This document shows, piece after piece, positions 1-14,669 of a stretch of DNA of 64,000 nucleotides. This DNA comes from the human T2T-CHM13v2.0 reference genome, Homo sapiens, in the NCBI RefSeq assembly GCF_009914755.1, contig NC_060948.1. One strand, 5' to 3'. How positions within the stretch are numbered: the stretch's first letter is position 1; the number at the start of each line of letters is the position of its first letter. A program made the position numbers and the translations under genes. The notes beneath the pieces are model-generated. The model was not told the origin of the DNA. It did no database searches and saw nothing but the letters and a program-made list of their open reading frames with translations.

Positions 1-464
1 AATCTAATGCAATAAAACCGACTCAGATAGAGTAGAATGTAATGGAATGGAGTGCAGTGCAATGGAATGGAATGGAATGGAAGGCAATGGAATGGAATGG
101 AATGGAATGGAATGGAATGGAATGGAATGGAATGGAATGGGATGGAATGGGATGGAATGGATAGTAATGGACTGGAGTGAAATGGACTGGAAAGGAATGG
201 ACTCAAATTGAAAGGGCTCGAAAGGAATGGAGTCAAATGGAATGGTCTGGAATGGAATGAACACGAATGTAATGCAATCCAATAGAATGGAATCGAATGG
301 CATGGAATATAAAGAAATGGAATCGAAGAGAATGGAAACAAATGGAATGGAATTGAATGGAATGGAATTGAATGGAATGGGAACGAATGGAGTGAAATTG
401 TATGCAGTAGAAGGGAATAGAATGGAATGCAAGCGAAAGGAAAGGAATGGATTGGAATGGAATG
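1..464 (+). repeat. Partial DYZ1 monomer (3' end)
   Basis: Carries the landmark GACTCAGATAGAGTAG and the (AATGG)n tract found before every full-length unit's EcoRI site. Confidence 0.9.
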
Positions 465-3400
465 GAATTCATTGGAATGGAAGGGAATGTAGTGTAATGG
501 ACAGGCCTGGAATAAAGTGGAATGCTACGGTCTCGAATGGAATAAAAATGTATGGAATGGAATGCAATGAAACGGAATCGAATGTCATAGAATGTAATGG
601 AATGCAAAAAAATGGAATCCAAAATCATTGACTGGAAAGGCTGGGTGTCGAAAGGAATTGACTCCAATGGAATGGAATCGAATGGAATGGAAGTGAATAG
701 AATCGAACTAAATCGAATGGAATGGAATTGATAGGAACGGAATGGAAAGGAATGCAATGATTTGGCATGGAATGGAATCGAATGGCATCGAATGGAATGG
801 AATGGAATGCAATGGAATGGAATGTATTAGAATGTAATGAACTTTAATGGAATGTACTCGAATGGATTCGACTGGAATGGAATGTTCTGGAAGTGAATGG
901 ACTCCAATGGAATGGATTCAAAAGGAATGGAATCGTACGGAATGGAATCTAATGGAATGGAATTAAATGGAAATGAATCAAATTGAATAGCACGGAATTG
1001 AATTGAATGGAATGGAATGCAATGGAATCTAATGAAACGGAAAGGAAAGGAATGGAATGGAATGGAAAGGGCTGGAATGGAAAGGAATCGAAACGAATGG
1101 AATGGAATCGAACTGAAGAGACTGGAATGGAATGCACTGGAATGGAAGGGAGTGTAATGGAAGGTTCTCGAAAAAAATGGAATCGAATGGAATGGAATTG
1201 AATGGAACGGAATAGAGTCGAATGGAATTGAATGGAATGGAATGGACTAGAGTGAAATGGAATCGAACCACAAGGAATGGACAGGAATAGAATGGTCTCG
1301 AATTGAATGGAATCGTATGGAATGGCATCAAACGGAATGGAATGGACAGCCACGGAATGGAATGCACTCGAATGCAATGGAGTCGAAACTAATGGACTGG
1401 AATAGAATGGACTCGACTGGTACGGACTCCAATGGAATGGAATCGAATGGAAGGGAATCGAACGGAATGGACTCGAAGGGAAAAGACTGCAATGGAAAGG
1501 TCTCGAATGGAATGGAAATTAATGGAATGGAATGGAATCGAATGAAATGGAGTCAAAAGGAATGGAATCGAATGGCAAGAAATCGAATGTAATGGAATCG
1601 CAAGGAATTGATGTGAACGGAACGGAATGGAATGGAATCCAAAGGAATGGAATAGAATGGAATGGAATCGAATGGAAAGGACTCGAATGGAAATCACTCG
1701 AATAGAATGCAATTTAATAAAATAGGATCAAATGTAATGGAATGGAATGGAAAGGAATCGAAACGAAAGGAATGGAGACAGATGGAATGGAATGGAACAG
1801 AGAGCAATGGTATAGAATGGAATGGAATCATCTGGAATGGAATTGAATGGAATGGAATAATATGAAATGGAATGGAATGGAATGGAATGGAATGCCCTTG
1901 AATTAAATGGACTGGAATGGAATGGACTCGAACAGAGTGGAATGGAAAGTGTTGAGATAGAATGGAATGGACTCCTTTGGAATGGTGTAGTATGCAATGC
2001 AATCGACTGGCAGGGAATCAAAAGGAATGTAATGGAATGGATTGGACTGGAATGCAATGGACTCGAATAGATTGGAAACGGAATGCAAAGGAATGGAATG
2101 GAATAGTATGGAATGGAATGGAAAGGAATGGAGTGGAATAGACTAGAGTGGAATGGAATGGACTGGAAAGCAATGGACTGGAATGGAACTTTCTTGAATG
2201 GACTGGAATCAAACGGAATGGAATGCAATGCAATCAAATGGCATGGAATAAAATAGAATGAAAGAGAATCAAATGGAATTGAATCGAATGGAATCGAATG
2301 GATTGGAAAGGAATAGAATGGAATGGAATGGAATTGACTCAAATGGAATGGATTCGAATGGAAGGCAAAGGAATGGAATCTATTGGAATGGACTGTAATG
2401 GAATGGAATGGAAGGGATTGGAATGGACTCGAATGGAATGGACTGCAATAGAAAGGATTCGAGTGGAATGAAAAAGAATTGAATGGAATAGAACAGAATG
2501 GAATCAAATCGAATGAAATGGAATGGAATAGAAAGGAATGGAATGAAATGGAATGGAAAGGATTCGAATGGAATGCAATCGAATGGAATGGAATCGAACG
2601 GAATGGAATAAAATGGAAGAAAACTGGCAAGAAATGGAATCGAAATGAATGGAGTGTTATGGAACGGACTCAAAAGGAATTGAATGTAATAGAATGGAGT
2701 GGAGTGGACTCGAATATAATGGACTGGAATGGAATGAAATCACAAGGAATGGGAACGAATGGAATGGAATGGAAAGGAATGGAATCGAATGGAAAGGAAT
2801 CGAATGGAAGGGAATGAAATTGAATCAACAGGAATGGAAGGGAATAGAATAGACGGTAATGGAATGGACTCGAATAGAATGGACACGAATGCTCAAATTG
2901 AATGGACTCGAATGGAATGGAAACGAAAGGAATGTCATCGAATGGAATTGAATGGATTGGAATGAAATCGCATAGAATGGAGTGGAATCAAATGGAATTG
3001 AATCGAAAGGAAAGGAAGCGAATGGACTGAAATGAAATGGAATGGAATTGAATGGAAAGTAATGCAATGGAATAGAATGGAACGAAATTTCACGGAATGG
3101 AATCAAACTGAATGGAATCAAATCAATGGAATCAAATCAAATGGAATGGAAAGGAATTGAATGGAGTAGATTGGATTGGATGGGATTGGAATGAAATGTA
3201 CTGGAAAGGACTCGAATTTCATGAAACGGAATGGAATGAATTGGAACGGAATGGACTCGAATGGAATGGAATGTCATGGAATGGCATCAAATGGAATGGC
3301 ATCAAATGGAATGGAATCGAATGCAATGGAATGCTATGGAATGGAATGGAATGCATTGGAATGGAATGTCCTCTAATGGAATGGATTCGAGTGGAATGGA

Positions 3401-4013
3401 ATCGAATATAATGGAGTCGAATGAAATGGAATTGAAAGGAATGGGATCGAATACAATGGAATATACTGGAATGTAATGTAATGAACTCGAATGTAATTGA
3501 CTGGAATGGAATGTACATGAATGGAATGTAATCGAATGGAAAGTAATCCAATGGAATTGAATCTAAAGCAATAAAATCGACTCAGATAGAGTAGAATGTA
3601 ATGGAATGGAGTGCAGTGCAATGGAATGGAATGGAATGGAATGCAATGGAATGGAATGGAATGGAATGGAATGGAATGGGATGGAATGGGATGGAATGGT
3701 ATGGAATGGATAGTAATGGACTGGAGTGAAATGGACTGGAAAGGAATGGACTCAAATTGAAAGGGCTCGAAAGGAATGGAGTCAAATGGAATGGTCTGGA
3801 ATGGAATGAACACGAATGTAATGCAATCCAATAGAATGGAATCGAATGGCATGGAATATAAAGAAATGGAATCGAAGAGAATGGAAACAAATGGAATGGA
3901 ATTGAATGGAATGGAATTGAATGGAATGGGAACGAATGGAGTGAAATTGTATGCAGTAGAAGGGAATAGAATGGAATGCAAGCGAAAGGAAAGGAATGGA
4001 TTGGAATGGAATG
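465..4013 (+). repeat. DYZ1 monomer 1 (EcoRI-EcoRI, 3549 bp)
   Basis: GAATTC at 465 and 4014; AGGCCT at 503. Confidence 0.9.
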
Positions 4014-7000
4014 GAATTCATTGGAATGGAAGGGAATGTAGTGTAATGGACAGGCCTGGAATAAAGTGGAATGCTACGGTCTCGAATGGAATAAAAATGT
4101 ATGGAATGGAATGCAATGAAACGGAATCGAATGTCATAGAATGTAATGGAATGCAAAAAAATGGAATCCAAAATCATTGACTGGAAAGGCTGGGTGTCGA
4201 AAGGAATTGACTCCAATGGAATGGAATCGAATGGAATGGAAGTGAATAGAATCGAACTAAATCGAATGGAATGGAATTGATAGGAACGGAATGGAAAGGA
4301 ATGCAATGATTTGGCACGGAATGGAATCGAATGGCATCGAATGGAATGGAATGGAATGCAATGGAATGGAATGCATTAGAATGTAATGAACTTTAATGGA
4401 ATGTACTCGAATGGATTCGACTGGAATGGAATGTTCTGGAAGTGAATGGACTCCAATGGAATGGATTCCAAAGGAATGGAATCGTACGGAATGGAATCTA
4501 ATGGAATGGAATTAAATGGAAATGAATCAAATTGAATAGCACGGAATTGAATTGAATGGAATGGAATGCAATGGAATCTAATGAAACGGAAAGGAAAGGA
4601 ATGGAATGGAATGGAATGGGCTGGAATGGAAAGGAATCGAAACGAATGGAATGGAATCGAACTGAAGAGACTGGAATGGAATGCACTGGAATGGAAGGGA
4701 GTGTAATGGAAGGTTCTCGAAAAAAATGGAATCGAATGGAATGGAATTGAATGGAACGGAATAGAGTCGAATGGAATTGAATGGAATGGAATGGACTAGA
4801 GTGAAATGGAATCGAACCACAAGGAATGGACAGGAATAGAATGGTCTCGAATTGAATGGAATCGTATGGAATGGCATCAAACGGAATGGAATGGACAGCC
4901 ACGGAATGGAATGCACTCGAATGCAATGGAGTCGAAACTAATGGACTGGAATAGAATGGACTCGACTGGTACGGACTCCAATGGAATGGAATCGAATGGA
5001 AGGGAATCGAACGGAATGGACTCGAAGGGAAAAGACTGCAATGGAAAGGTCTCGAATGGAATGGAAATTAATGGAATGGAATGGAATCGAATGAAATGGA
5101 GTCAAAAGGAATGGAATCGAATGGCAAGAAATCGAATGTAATGGAATCGCAAGGAATTGATGTGAGCGGAACGGAATGGAATGGAATCCAAAGGAATGGA
5201 ATAGAATGGAATGGAATCGAATGGAAAGGACTTGAATGGAAATCACTCGAATAGAATGCAATTTAATAAAATAGGATCAAATGTAATGGAATGGAATGGA
5301 AAGGAATCGAAACGAAAGGAATGGAGACAGATGGAATGGAATGGAACAGAGAGCAATGGTATAGAATGGAATGGAATCATCTGGAATGGAATTGAATGGA
5401 ATGGAATAATATGAAATGGAATGGAATGGAATGGAATGGAATGCCCTTGAATTAAATGGACTGGAATGGAATGGACTCGAACAGAGTGGAATGGAAAGTG
5501 TTGAGATAGAATGGAATGGACTCCTTTGGAATGGTGTAGTATGCAATGCAATCGACTGGCAGGGAATCAAAAGGAATGTAATGGAAGGGATTGGACTGGA
5601 ATGCAATGGACTCGAATAGATTGGAAACGGAATGCAAAGGAATGGAATGGAATAGTATGGAATGGAATGGAAAGGAATGGAGTGGAATAGACTAGAGTGG
5701 AATGGAATGGACTGGAAAGCAATGGACTGGAATGGAACTTTCTTGAATGGACTGGAATCAAACGGAATGGAATGCAATGCAATCAAATGGCATGGAATAA
5801 AATAGAATGAAAGAGAATCAAATGGAATTGAATCGAATGGAATCGAATGGATTGGAAAGGAATAGAATGGAATGGAATGGAATGGACTAGAATGGAATGG
5901 ATTCGAATGGAAGGCAAAGGAATGGAATCTATTGGAATGGACTGTAATGGAATGGAATGGAAGGGATTGGAATGGATTCGAATGGAATGGACTGCAATAG
6001 AAAGGATTCGAATGGAATGAAAAAGAATTGAATGGAATAGAACAGAATGGAATCAAATCGAATGAAATGGAATGGAATAGAAAGGAATGGAATGAAATGG
6101 AATGGAAAGGATTCGAATGGAATGCAATCGAATGGAATGGAATCGAACGGAATGGAATAAAATGGAAGAAAACTGGCAAGAAATGGAATCGAAATGAATG
6201 GAGTGTTATGGAACGGACTCAAAAGGAATTGAATGTAATAGAATGGAGTGGAGTGGACTCGAATATAATGGACTGGAATGGAATGAAATCACATGGAATG
6301 GGAACGAATGGAATGGAATGGAAAGGAATGGAATCGAATGGAAAGGAATCGAATGGAAGGGAATGAAATTGAATCAACAGGAATGGAAGGGAATAGAATA
6401 GACGGTAATGGAATGGACTCGAATAGAATGGACACGAATGCTCAAATTGAATGGACTCCAATGGAATGGAAACGAAAGGAATGTCATCGAATAGAATTGA
6501 ATCGACTGGAATGAAATCGCAAGAATGGAGTGGAATCAAATGGAATTGAATCGAAAGGAAAGGAAGCGAATGGACTGAAATGAAATGGAATGGAATTGAA
6601 TGGAAAGTAATGCAATGGAATAGAATGGAACGAAATTTCACGGAATGGAATCAAACTGAAAGGAATCAAATCAATGGAATCTAATCAAATGGAATGGAAG
6701 GGAATTGAATGGAGTAGATTGGATTGGATGGGATTGGAGTGAAATGTACTGGAAAGGACTCGAATTTCATGAAACGGAATGGAATGAATTGGAACGGAAT
6801 GGACTCGAATGGAATGGAATGTCATGGAATGGCATCAAATGGAATGGCATCAAATGGAATGGAATCGAATGCAATGGAATGCTATGGAATGGAATGGAAT
6901 GCATTGGAATGGAATGTCCTCTAATGGAATGGATTCGAGTGGAATGGAATCGAATATAATGGAGTCGAATGAAATGGAATTGAAAGGAATGGGATCGAAT

Positions 7001-7556
7001 ACAATGGAATATGCTGGAATGTAATGTAATGAACTCGAATGTAATTGACTGGAATGGAATGTACATGAATGGAATGTAATCGAATGGAAAGTAATCCAAT
7101 GGAATAGAATCTAATGCAATAAAATCGACTCAGATAGAGTAGAATGTAATGGAATGGAGTGCAGTACAATGGAATGGAATGGAATGCAATGGAATGGAAT
7201 GGAATGGAATGGAATGGAATGGGATGGAATGGGATGGAATGGTATGGAGTGGATAGTAATGGACTGGAGTGAAATGGACTGGAAAGGAATGGACTCAAAT
7301 TGAAAGGGCTCGAAAGGAATGGAGTGAAATGGAATGGTCTGGAATGGAATGAACACGAATGTAATGCAATCCAATAGAATGGAATCGAATGGCATGGAAT
7401 ATAAAGAAATGGAATCGAAGAGAATGGAAACAAATGGAATGGAATTGAATGGAATGGAATTGAATGGGATGGGAACGAATGGAGTGAAATTGTATGCAGT
7501 AGAAGGGAATAGAATGGAATGCAAGCGAAAGGAAAGGAATGGATTGGAATGGAATG
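4014..7556 (+). repeat. DYZ1 monomer 2 (3543 bp; 15-bp and 1-bp deletions)
   Basis: GAATTC at 4014 and 7557. Confidence 0.9.
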
Positions 7557-10500
7557 GAATTCATTGGAATGGAAGGGAATGTAGTGTAATGGACAGGCCT
7601 GGAATAAAGTGGAATGCTACGGTCTCGAATGGAATAAAAATGTATGGAATGGAATGCAATGAAACGGAATCGAATGTCATAGAATGTAATGGAATGCAAA
7701 AAAATGGAATCCAAAATCATTGACTGGAAAGGCTGGGTGTCGAAAGGAATTGACTCCAATGATATGGAATCGAATGGAATGGAAGTGAATAGAATCGAAC
7801 TAAATCGAATGGAATGGAATTGATAGGAACGGAATGGAAAGGAATGCAATGAATTGGCATGGAATGGAATCGAATGGCATCGAATGGAATGGAATGGAAT
7901 GCAATGGAATGGAATGTATTAGAATGTAATGAACTTTAATGGAATGTACTCGAATGGATTCGACTGGAATGGAATGTTCTGGAAGTGAATGGACTCCAAT
8001 GGAATGGATTCAAAAGGAATGGAATCGTACGGAATGGAATCTAATGGAATGGAATTAAATGGAAATGAATCAAATTGAATAGCACGGAATTGAATTGAAT
8101 GGAATGGAATGCAATGGAATCTAATGAAACGGAAAGGAAAGGAATGGAATGGAATGGAATGGGCTGGAATGGAAAGGAATCGAAACGAATGGAATGGAAT
8201 CGAACTGAAGAGACTGGAATGGAATGCACTGGAATGGAAGGGAGTGTAATGGAAGGTTCTCGAAAAAAATGGAATCGAATGGAATGGAATTGAATGGAAC
8301 GGAATAGAGTCGAATGGAATTGAATGGAATGGAATGGACTAGAGTGAAATGGAATCGAACCACAAGGAATGGACAGGAATAGAATGGTCTCGAATTGAAT
8401 GGAATCGTATGGAATGGCATCAAACGGAATGGAATGGACAGCCACGGAATGGAATGCACTCGAATGCAATGGAGTCGAAACTAATGGACTGGAATAGAAT
8501 GGACTCGACTGGTACGGACTCCAATGGAATGGAATCGAATGGAAGGGAATCGAACGGAATGGACTCGAAGGGAAAAGACTGCAATGGAAAGGTCTCGAAT
8601 GGAATGGAAATTAATGGAATGGAATGGAATCGAATGAAATGGAGTCAAAAGGAATGGAATCGAATGGCAAGAAATCGAATGTAATGGAATCGCAAGGAAT
8701 TGATGTGAATGGAGCGGAATGGAATGGAATCCAAAGGAATGGAATCGAATGGAAAGGACTCGAATGGAAATCACTCGAATAGAATGCAATTTAATAAAAT
8801 AGGATCAAATGTAATGGAATGGAATGGAAAGGAATCGAAACGAAAGGAATGGAGACAGATGGAATGGAATGGAACAGAGAGCAATGGTATAGAATGGAAT
8901 GGAATCATCTGGAATGGAATTGAATGGAATGGAATAATATGAAATGGAATGGAATGGAATGGAATGGAATGCCCTTGAATTAAATGGACTGGAATGGAAT
9001 GGACTCGAACAGAGTGGAATGGAAAGTGTTGAGATAGAATGGAATGGACTCCTTTGGAATGGTGTAGTATGCAATGCAATCGACTGGCAGGGAATCAAAA
9101 GAAATGTAATGGAATGGATTGGACTGGAATGCAATGGACTCGAATAGATTGGAAACGGAATGCAAAGGAATGGAATGGAATAGTATGGAATGGAATGGAA
9201 AGGAATGGAGTGGAATAGACTAGAGTGGAATGGAATGGACTGGAAAGCAATGGACTGGAATGGAACTTTCTTGAATGGACTGGAATCAAACGGAATGGAA
9301 TGCAATGCAATCAAATGGCATGGAATAAAATAGAATGAAAGAGAATCAAATGGAATTGAATCGAATGGAATCGAATGGATTGGAAAGGAATAGAATGGAA
9401 TGGAATGGAATTGACTCGAATGGAATGGACTAGAATGGAATGGATTCGAATGGAAGGCAAAGGAATGGAATCTATTGGAATGGACTGTAATGGAATGGAA
9501 TGGAAAGGATTGGAATGGACTCGAATGGAATGGACTGCAATAGAAAGGATTCGAATGGAATGAAAAAGAATTGAATGGAATAGAACAGAATGGAATCAAA
9601 TCGAATGAAATGAAATGGAATAGAAAGGAATGGAATGAAATGGAATGGAAAGGATTCGAATGGAATGCAATCGAATGGAATGGAATCGAACGGAATGGAA
9701 TAAAATGGAAGAAAACTGGCAAGAAATGGAATCGAAATGAATGGAGTGTTATGGAACGGACTCAAAAGGAATTGAATGTAATAGAATGGAGTGGAGTGGA
9801 CTCGAATATAATGGAATGGAATGGAATGAAATCACAAGGAATGGGAACGAATGGAATGGAATGGAAAGGAATGGAATCGAATGGAAAGGAATCGAATGGA
9901 AGGGAATGAAATTGAATCAACAGGAATGGAAGGGAATAGAATAGACGGTAATGGAATGGACTCGAATAGAATGGACACGAATGCTCAAATTGAATGGACT
10001 CGAATGGAATGGAAACGAAAGGAATGTCATCGAATGGAATTGAATGGATTGGAATGAAATCGCATAGAATGGAGTGGAATCAAATGGAATTGAATCGAAA
10101 GGAAAGGAAGCGAATGGACTGAAATGAAATGGAATGGAATTGAATGGAAAGTAATGCAATGGAATAGAATGGAACGAAATTTCACGGAATGGAATCAAAC
10201 TGAATGGAATCAAATCAATGGAATCAAATCAAATGGAATGGAAAGGAATTGAATGGAGTAGATTGGATTGGATGGGATTGGAATGAAATGTACTGGAAAG
10301 GACTCGAATTTCATGAAACGGAATGGAATGAATTGGAACGGAATGGACTCGAATGGAATGGAATGTCATGGAATGGCATCAAATGGAATGGCATCAAATG
10401 GAATGGAATCGAATGCAATGGAATGCTATGGAATGGAATGGAATGCATTGGAATGGAATGTCCTCTAATGGAATGGATTCGAGTGGAATGGAATCGAATA

Positions 10501-11110
10501 TAATGGAGTCGAATGAAATGGAATTGAAAGGAGTGGGATCGAATACAATGGAATATACTGGAATGTAATGTAATGAACTCGAATGTAATTGACTGGAATG
10601 GAATGTACATGAATGGAATGTAATCGAATGGAAAGTAATCCAATGGAATAGAATCTAATGCAATAAAACCGACTCAGATAGAGTAGAATGTAATGGAATG
10701 GAGTGCAGTGCAATGGAATGGAATGGAATGGAAGGCAATGGAATGGAATGGAATGGAATGGAATGGAATGGAATGGAATGGAATGGGATGGAATGGGATG
10801 GAATGGATAGTAATGGACTGGAGTGAAATGGACTGGAAAGGAATGGACTCAAATTGAAAGGGCTCGAAAGGAATGGAGTCAAATGGAATGGTCTGGAATG
10901 GAATGAACACGAATGTAATGCAATCCAATAGAATGGAATCGAATGGCATGGAATATAAAGAAATGGAATCGAAGAGAATGGAAACAAATGGAATGGAATT
11001 GAATGGAATGGAATTGAATGGAATGGGAACGAATGGAGTGAAATTGTATGCAGTAGAAGGGAATAGAATGGAATGCAAGCGAAAGGAAAGGAATGGATTG
11101 GAATGGAATG
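7557..11110 (+). repeat. DYZ1 monomer 3 (3554 bp)
   Basis: GAATTC at 7557 and 11111. Confidence 0.9.
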
Positions 11111-14100
11111 GAATTCATTGGAATGGAAGGGAATGTAGTGTAATGGACAGGCCTGGAATAAAGTGGAATGCTACGGTCTCGAATGGAATAAAAATGTATG
11201 GAATGGAATGCAATGAAACGGAATCGAATGTCATAGAATGTAATGGAATGCAAAAAAATGGAATCCAAAATCATTGACTGGAAAGGCTGGGTGTCGAAAG
11301 GAATTGACTCCAATGGAATGGAATCGAATGGAATGGAAGTGAATAGAATCGAACTAAATCGAATGGAATGGAATTGATAGGAACGGAATGGAAAGGAATG
11401 CAATGATTTGGCATGGAATGGAATCGAATGGCATCGAATGGAATGGAATGGAATGCAATGGAATGGAATGTATTAGAATGTAATGAACTTTAATGGAATG
11501 TACTCGAATGGATTCGACTGGAATGGAATGTTCTGGAAGTGAATGGACTCCAATGGAATGGATTCAAAAGGAATGGAATCGTACGGAATGGAATCTAATG
11601 GAATGGAATTAAATGGAAATGAATCAAATTGAATAGCACGGAATTGAATTGAATGGAATGGAATGCAATGGAATCTAATGAAACGGAAAGGAAAGGAATG
11701 GAATGGAATGGAAAGGGCTGGAATGGAAAGGAATCGAAACGAATGGAATGGAATCGAACTGAAGAGACTGGAATGGAATGCACTGGAATGGAAGGGAGTG
11801 TAATGGAAGGTTCTCGAAAAAAATGGAATCGAATGGAATGGAATTGAATGGAACGGAATAGAGTCGAATGGAATTGAATGGAATGGAATGGACTAGAGTG
11901 AAATGGAATCGAACCACAAGGAATGGACAGGAATAGAATGGTCTCGAATTGAATGGAATCGTATGGAATGGCATCAAACGGAATGGAATGGACAGCCACG
12001 GAATGGAATGCACTCGAATGCAATGGAGTCGAAACTAATGGACTGGAATAGAATGGACTCGACTGGTACGGACTCCAATGGAATGGAATCGAATGGAAGG
12101 GAATCGAACGGAATGGACTCGAAGGGAAAAGACTGCAATGGAAAGGTCTCGAATGGAATGGAAATTAATGGAATGGAATGGAATCGAATGAAATGGAGTC
12201 AAAAGGAATGGAATCGAATGGCAAGAAATCGAATGTAATGGAATCGCAAGGAATTGATGTGAACGGAACGGAATGGAATGGAATCCAAAGGAATGGAATA
12301 GAATGGAATGGAATCGAATGGAAAGGACTCGAATGGAAATCACTCGAATAGAATGCAATTTAATAAAATAGGATCAAATGTAATGGAATGGAATGGAAAG
12401 GAATCGAAACGAAAGGAATGGAGACAGATGGAATGGAATGGAACAGAGAGCAATGGTATAGAATGGAATGGAATCATCTGGAATGGAATTGAATGGAATG
12501 GAATAATATGAAATGGAATGGAATGGAATGGAATGGAATGCCCTTGAATTAAATGGACTGGAATGGAATGGACTCGAACAGAGTGGAATGGAAAGTGTTG
12601 AGATAGAATGGAATGGACTCCTTTGGAATGGTGTAGTATGCAATGCAATCGACTGGCAGGGAATCAAAAGGAATGTAATGGAATGGATTGGACTGGAATG
12701 CAATGGACTCGAATAGATTGGAAACGGAATGCAAAGGAATGGAATGGAATAGTATGGAATGGAATGGAAAGGAATGGAGTGGAATAGACTAGAGTGGAAT
12801 GGAATGGACTGGAAAGCAATGGACTGGAATGGAACTTTCTTGAATGGACTGGAATCAAACGGAATGGAATGCAATGCAATCAAATGGCATGGAATAAAAT
12901 AGAATGAAAGAGAATCAAATGGAATTGAATCGAATGGAATCGAATGGATTGGAAAGGAATAGAATGGAATGGAATGGAATTGACTCAAATGGAATGGACT
13001 AGAATGGAATGGATTCGAATGGAAGGCAAAGGAATGGAATCTATTGGAATGGACTGTAATGGAATGGAATGGAAGGGATTGGAATGGACTCGAATGGAAT
13101 GGACTGCAATAGAAAGGATTCGAATGGAATGAAAAAGAATTGAATGGAATAGAACAGAATGGAATCAAATCGAATGAAATGGAATGGAATAGAAAGGAAT
13201 GGAATGAAATGGAATGGAAAGGATTCGAATGGAATGCAATCGAATGGAATGGAATCGAACGGAATGGAATAAAATGGAAGAAAACTGGCAAGAAATGGAA
13301 TCGAAATGAATGGAGTGTTATGGAACGGACTCAAAAGGAATTGAATGTAATAGAATGGAGTGGAGTGGACTCGAATATAATGGACTGGAATGGAATGAAA
13401 TCACAAGGAATGGGAACGAATGGAATGGAATGGAAAGGAATGGAATCGAATGGAAAGGAATCGAATGGAAGGGAATGAAATTGAATCAACAGGAATGGAA
13501 GGGAATAGAATAGACGGTAATGGAATGGACTCGAATAGAATGGACACGAATGCTCAAATTGAATGGACTCGAATGGAATGGAAACGAAAGGAATGTCATC
13601 GAATGGAATTGAATGGATTGGAATGAAATCGCATAGAATGGATTGGAATCAAATGGAATTGAATCGAAAGGAAAGGAAGCGAATGGTCTGAAATGAAATG
13701 GAATGGAATTGAATGGAAAGTAATGCAATGGAATAGAATGGAACGAAATTTCACGGAATGGAATCAAACTGAATGGAATCAAATCAATGGAATCAAATCA
13801 AATGGAATGGAAAGGAATTGAATGGAGTAGATTGGATTGGATGGGATTGGAATGAAATGTACTGGAAAGGACTCGAATTTCATGAAACGGAATGGAATGA
13901 ATTGGAACGGAATGGACTCGAATGGAATGGAATGTCATGGAATGGCATCAAATGGAATGGCATCAAATGGAATGGAATCGAATGCAATGGAATGCTATGG
14001 AATGGAATGGAATGCATTGGAATGGAATGTCCTCTAATGGAATGGATTCGAGTGGAATGGAATCGAATATAATGGAGTCGAATGAAATGGAATTGAAAGG

Positions 14101-14669
14101 AGTGGGATCGAATACAATGGAATATACTGGAATGTAATGTAATGAACTCGAATGTAATTGACTGGAATGGAATGTACATGAATGGAATGTAATCGAATGG
14201 AAAGTAATCCAATGGAATAGAATCTAATGCAATAAAACCGACTCAGATAGAGTAGAATGTAATGGAATGGAGTGCAGTGCAATGGAATGGAATGGAATGG
14301 AATGCAATGGAATGGAATGGAATGGAATGGAATGGAATGGAATGGGATGGAATGGGATGGAATGGATAGTAATGGACTGGAGTGAAATGGACTGGAAAGG
14401 AATGGACTCAAATTGAAAGGGCTCGAAAGGAATGGAGTCAAATGGAATGGTCTGGAATGGAATGAACACGAATGTAATGCAATCCAATAGAATGGAATCG
14501 AATGGCATGGAATATAAAGAAATGGAATCGAAGAGAATGGAAACAAATGGAATGGAATTGAATGGAATGGAATTGAATGGAATGCGAACGAATGGAGTGA
14601 AATTGTATGCAGTAGAAGGGAATAGAATGGAATGCAAGCGAAAGGAAAGGAATGGATTGGAATGGAATG
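11111..14669 (+). repeat. DYZ1 monomer 4 (3559 bp)
   Basis: GAATTC at 11111 and 14670. Confidence 0.9.

Noticed and set aside
11-2612. Several AATAAA hexamers per monomer (11, 511, 541, 1716, 2246, 2607)
   Set aside because: Easily generated from AATGG by substitution; no downstream GU/U-rich element or poly(A) tract
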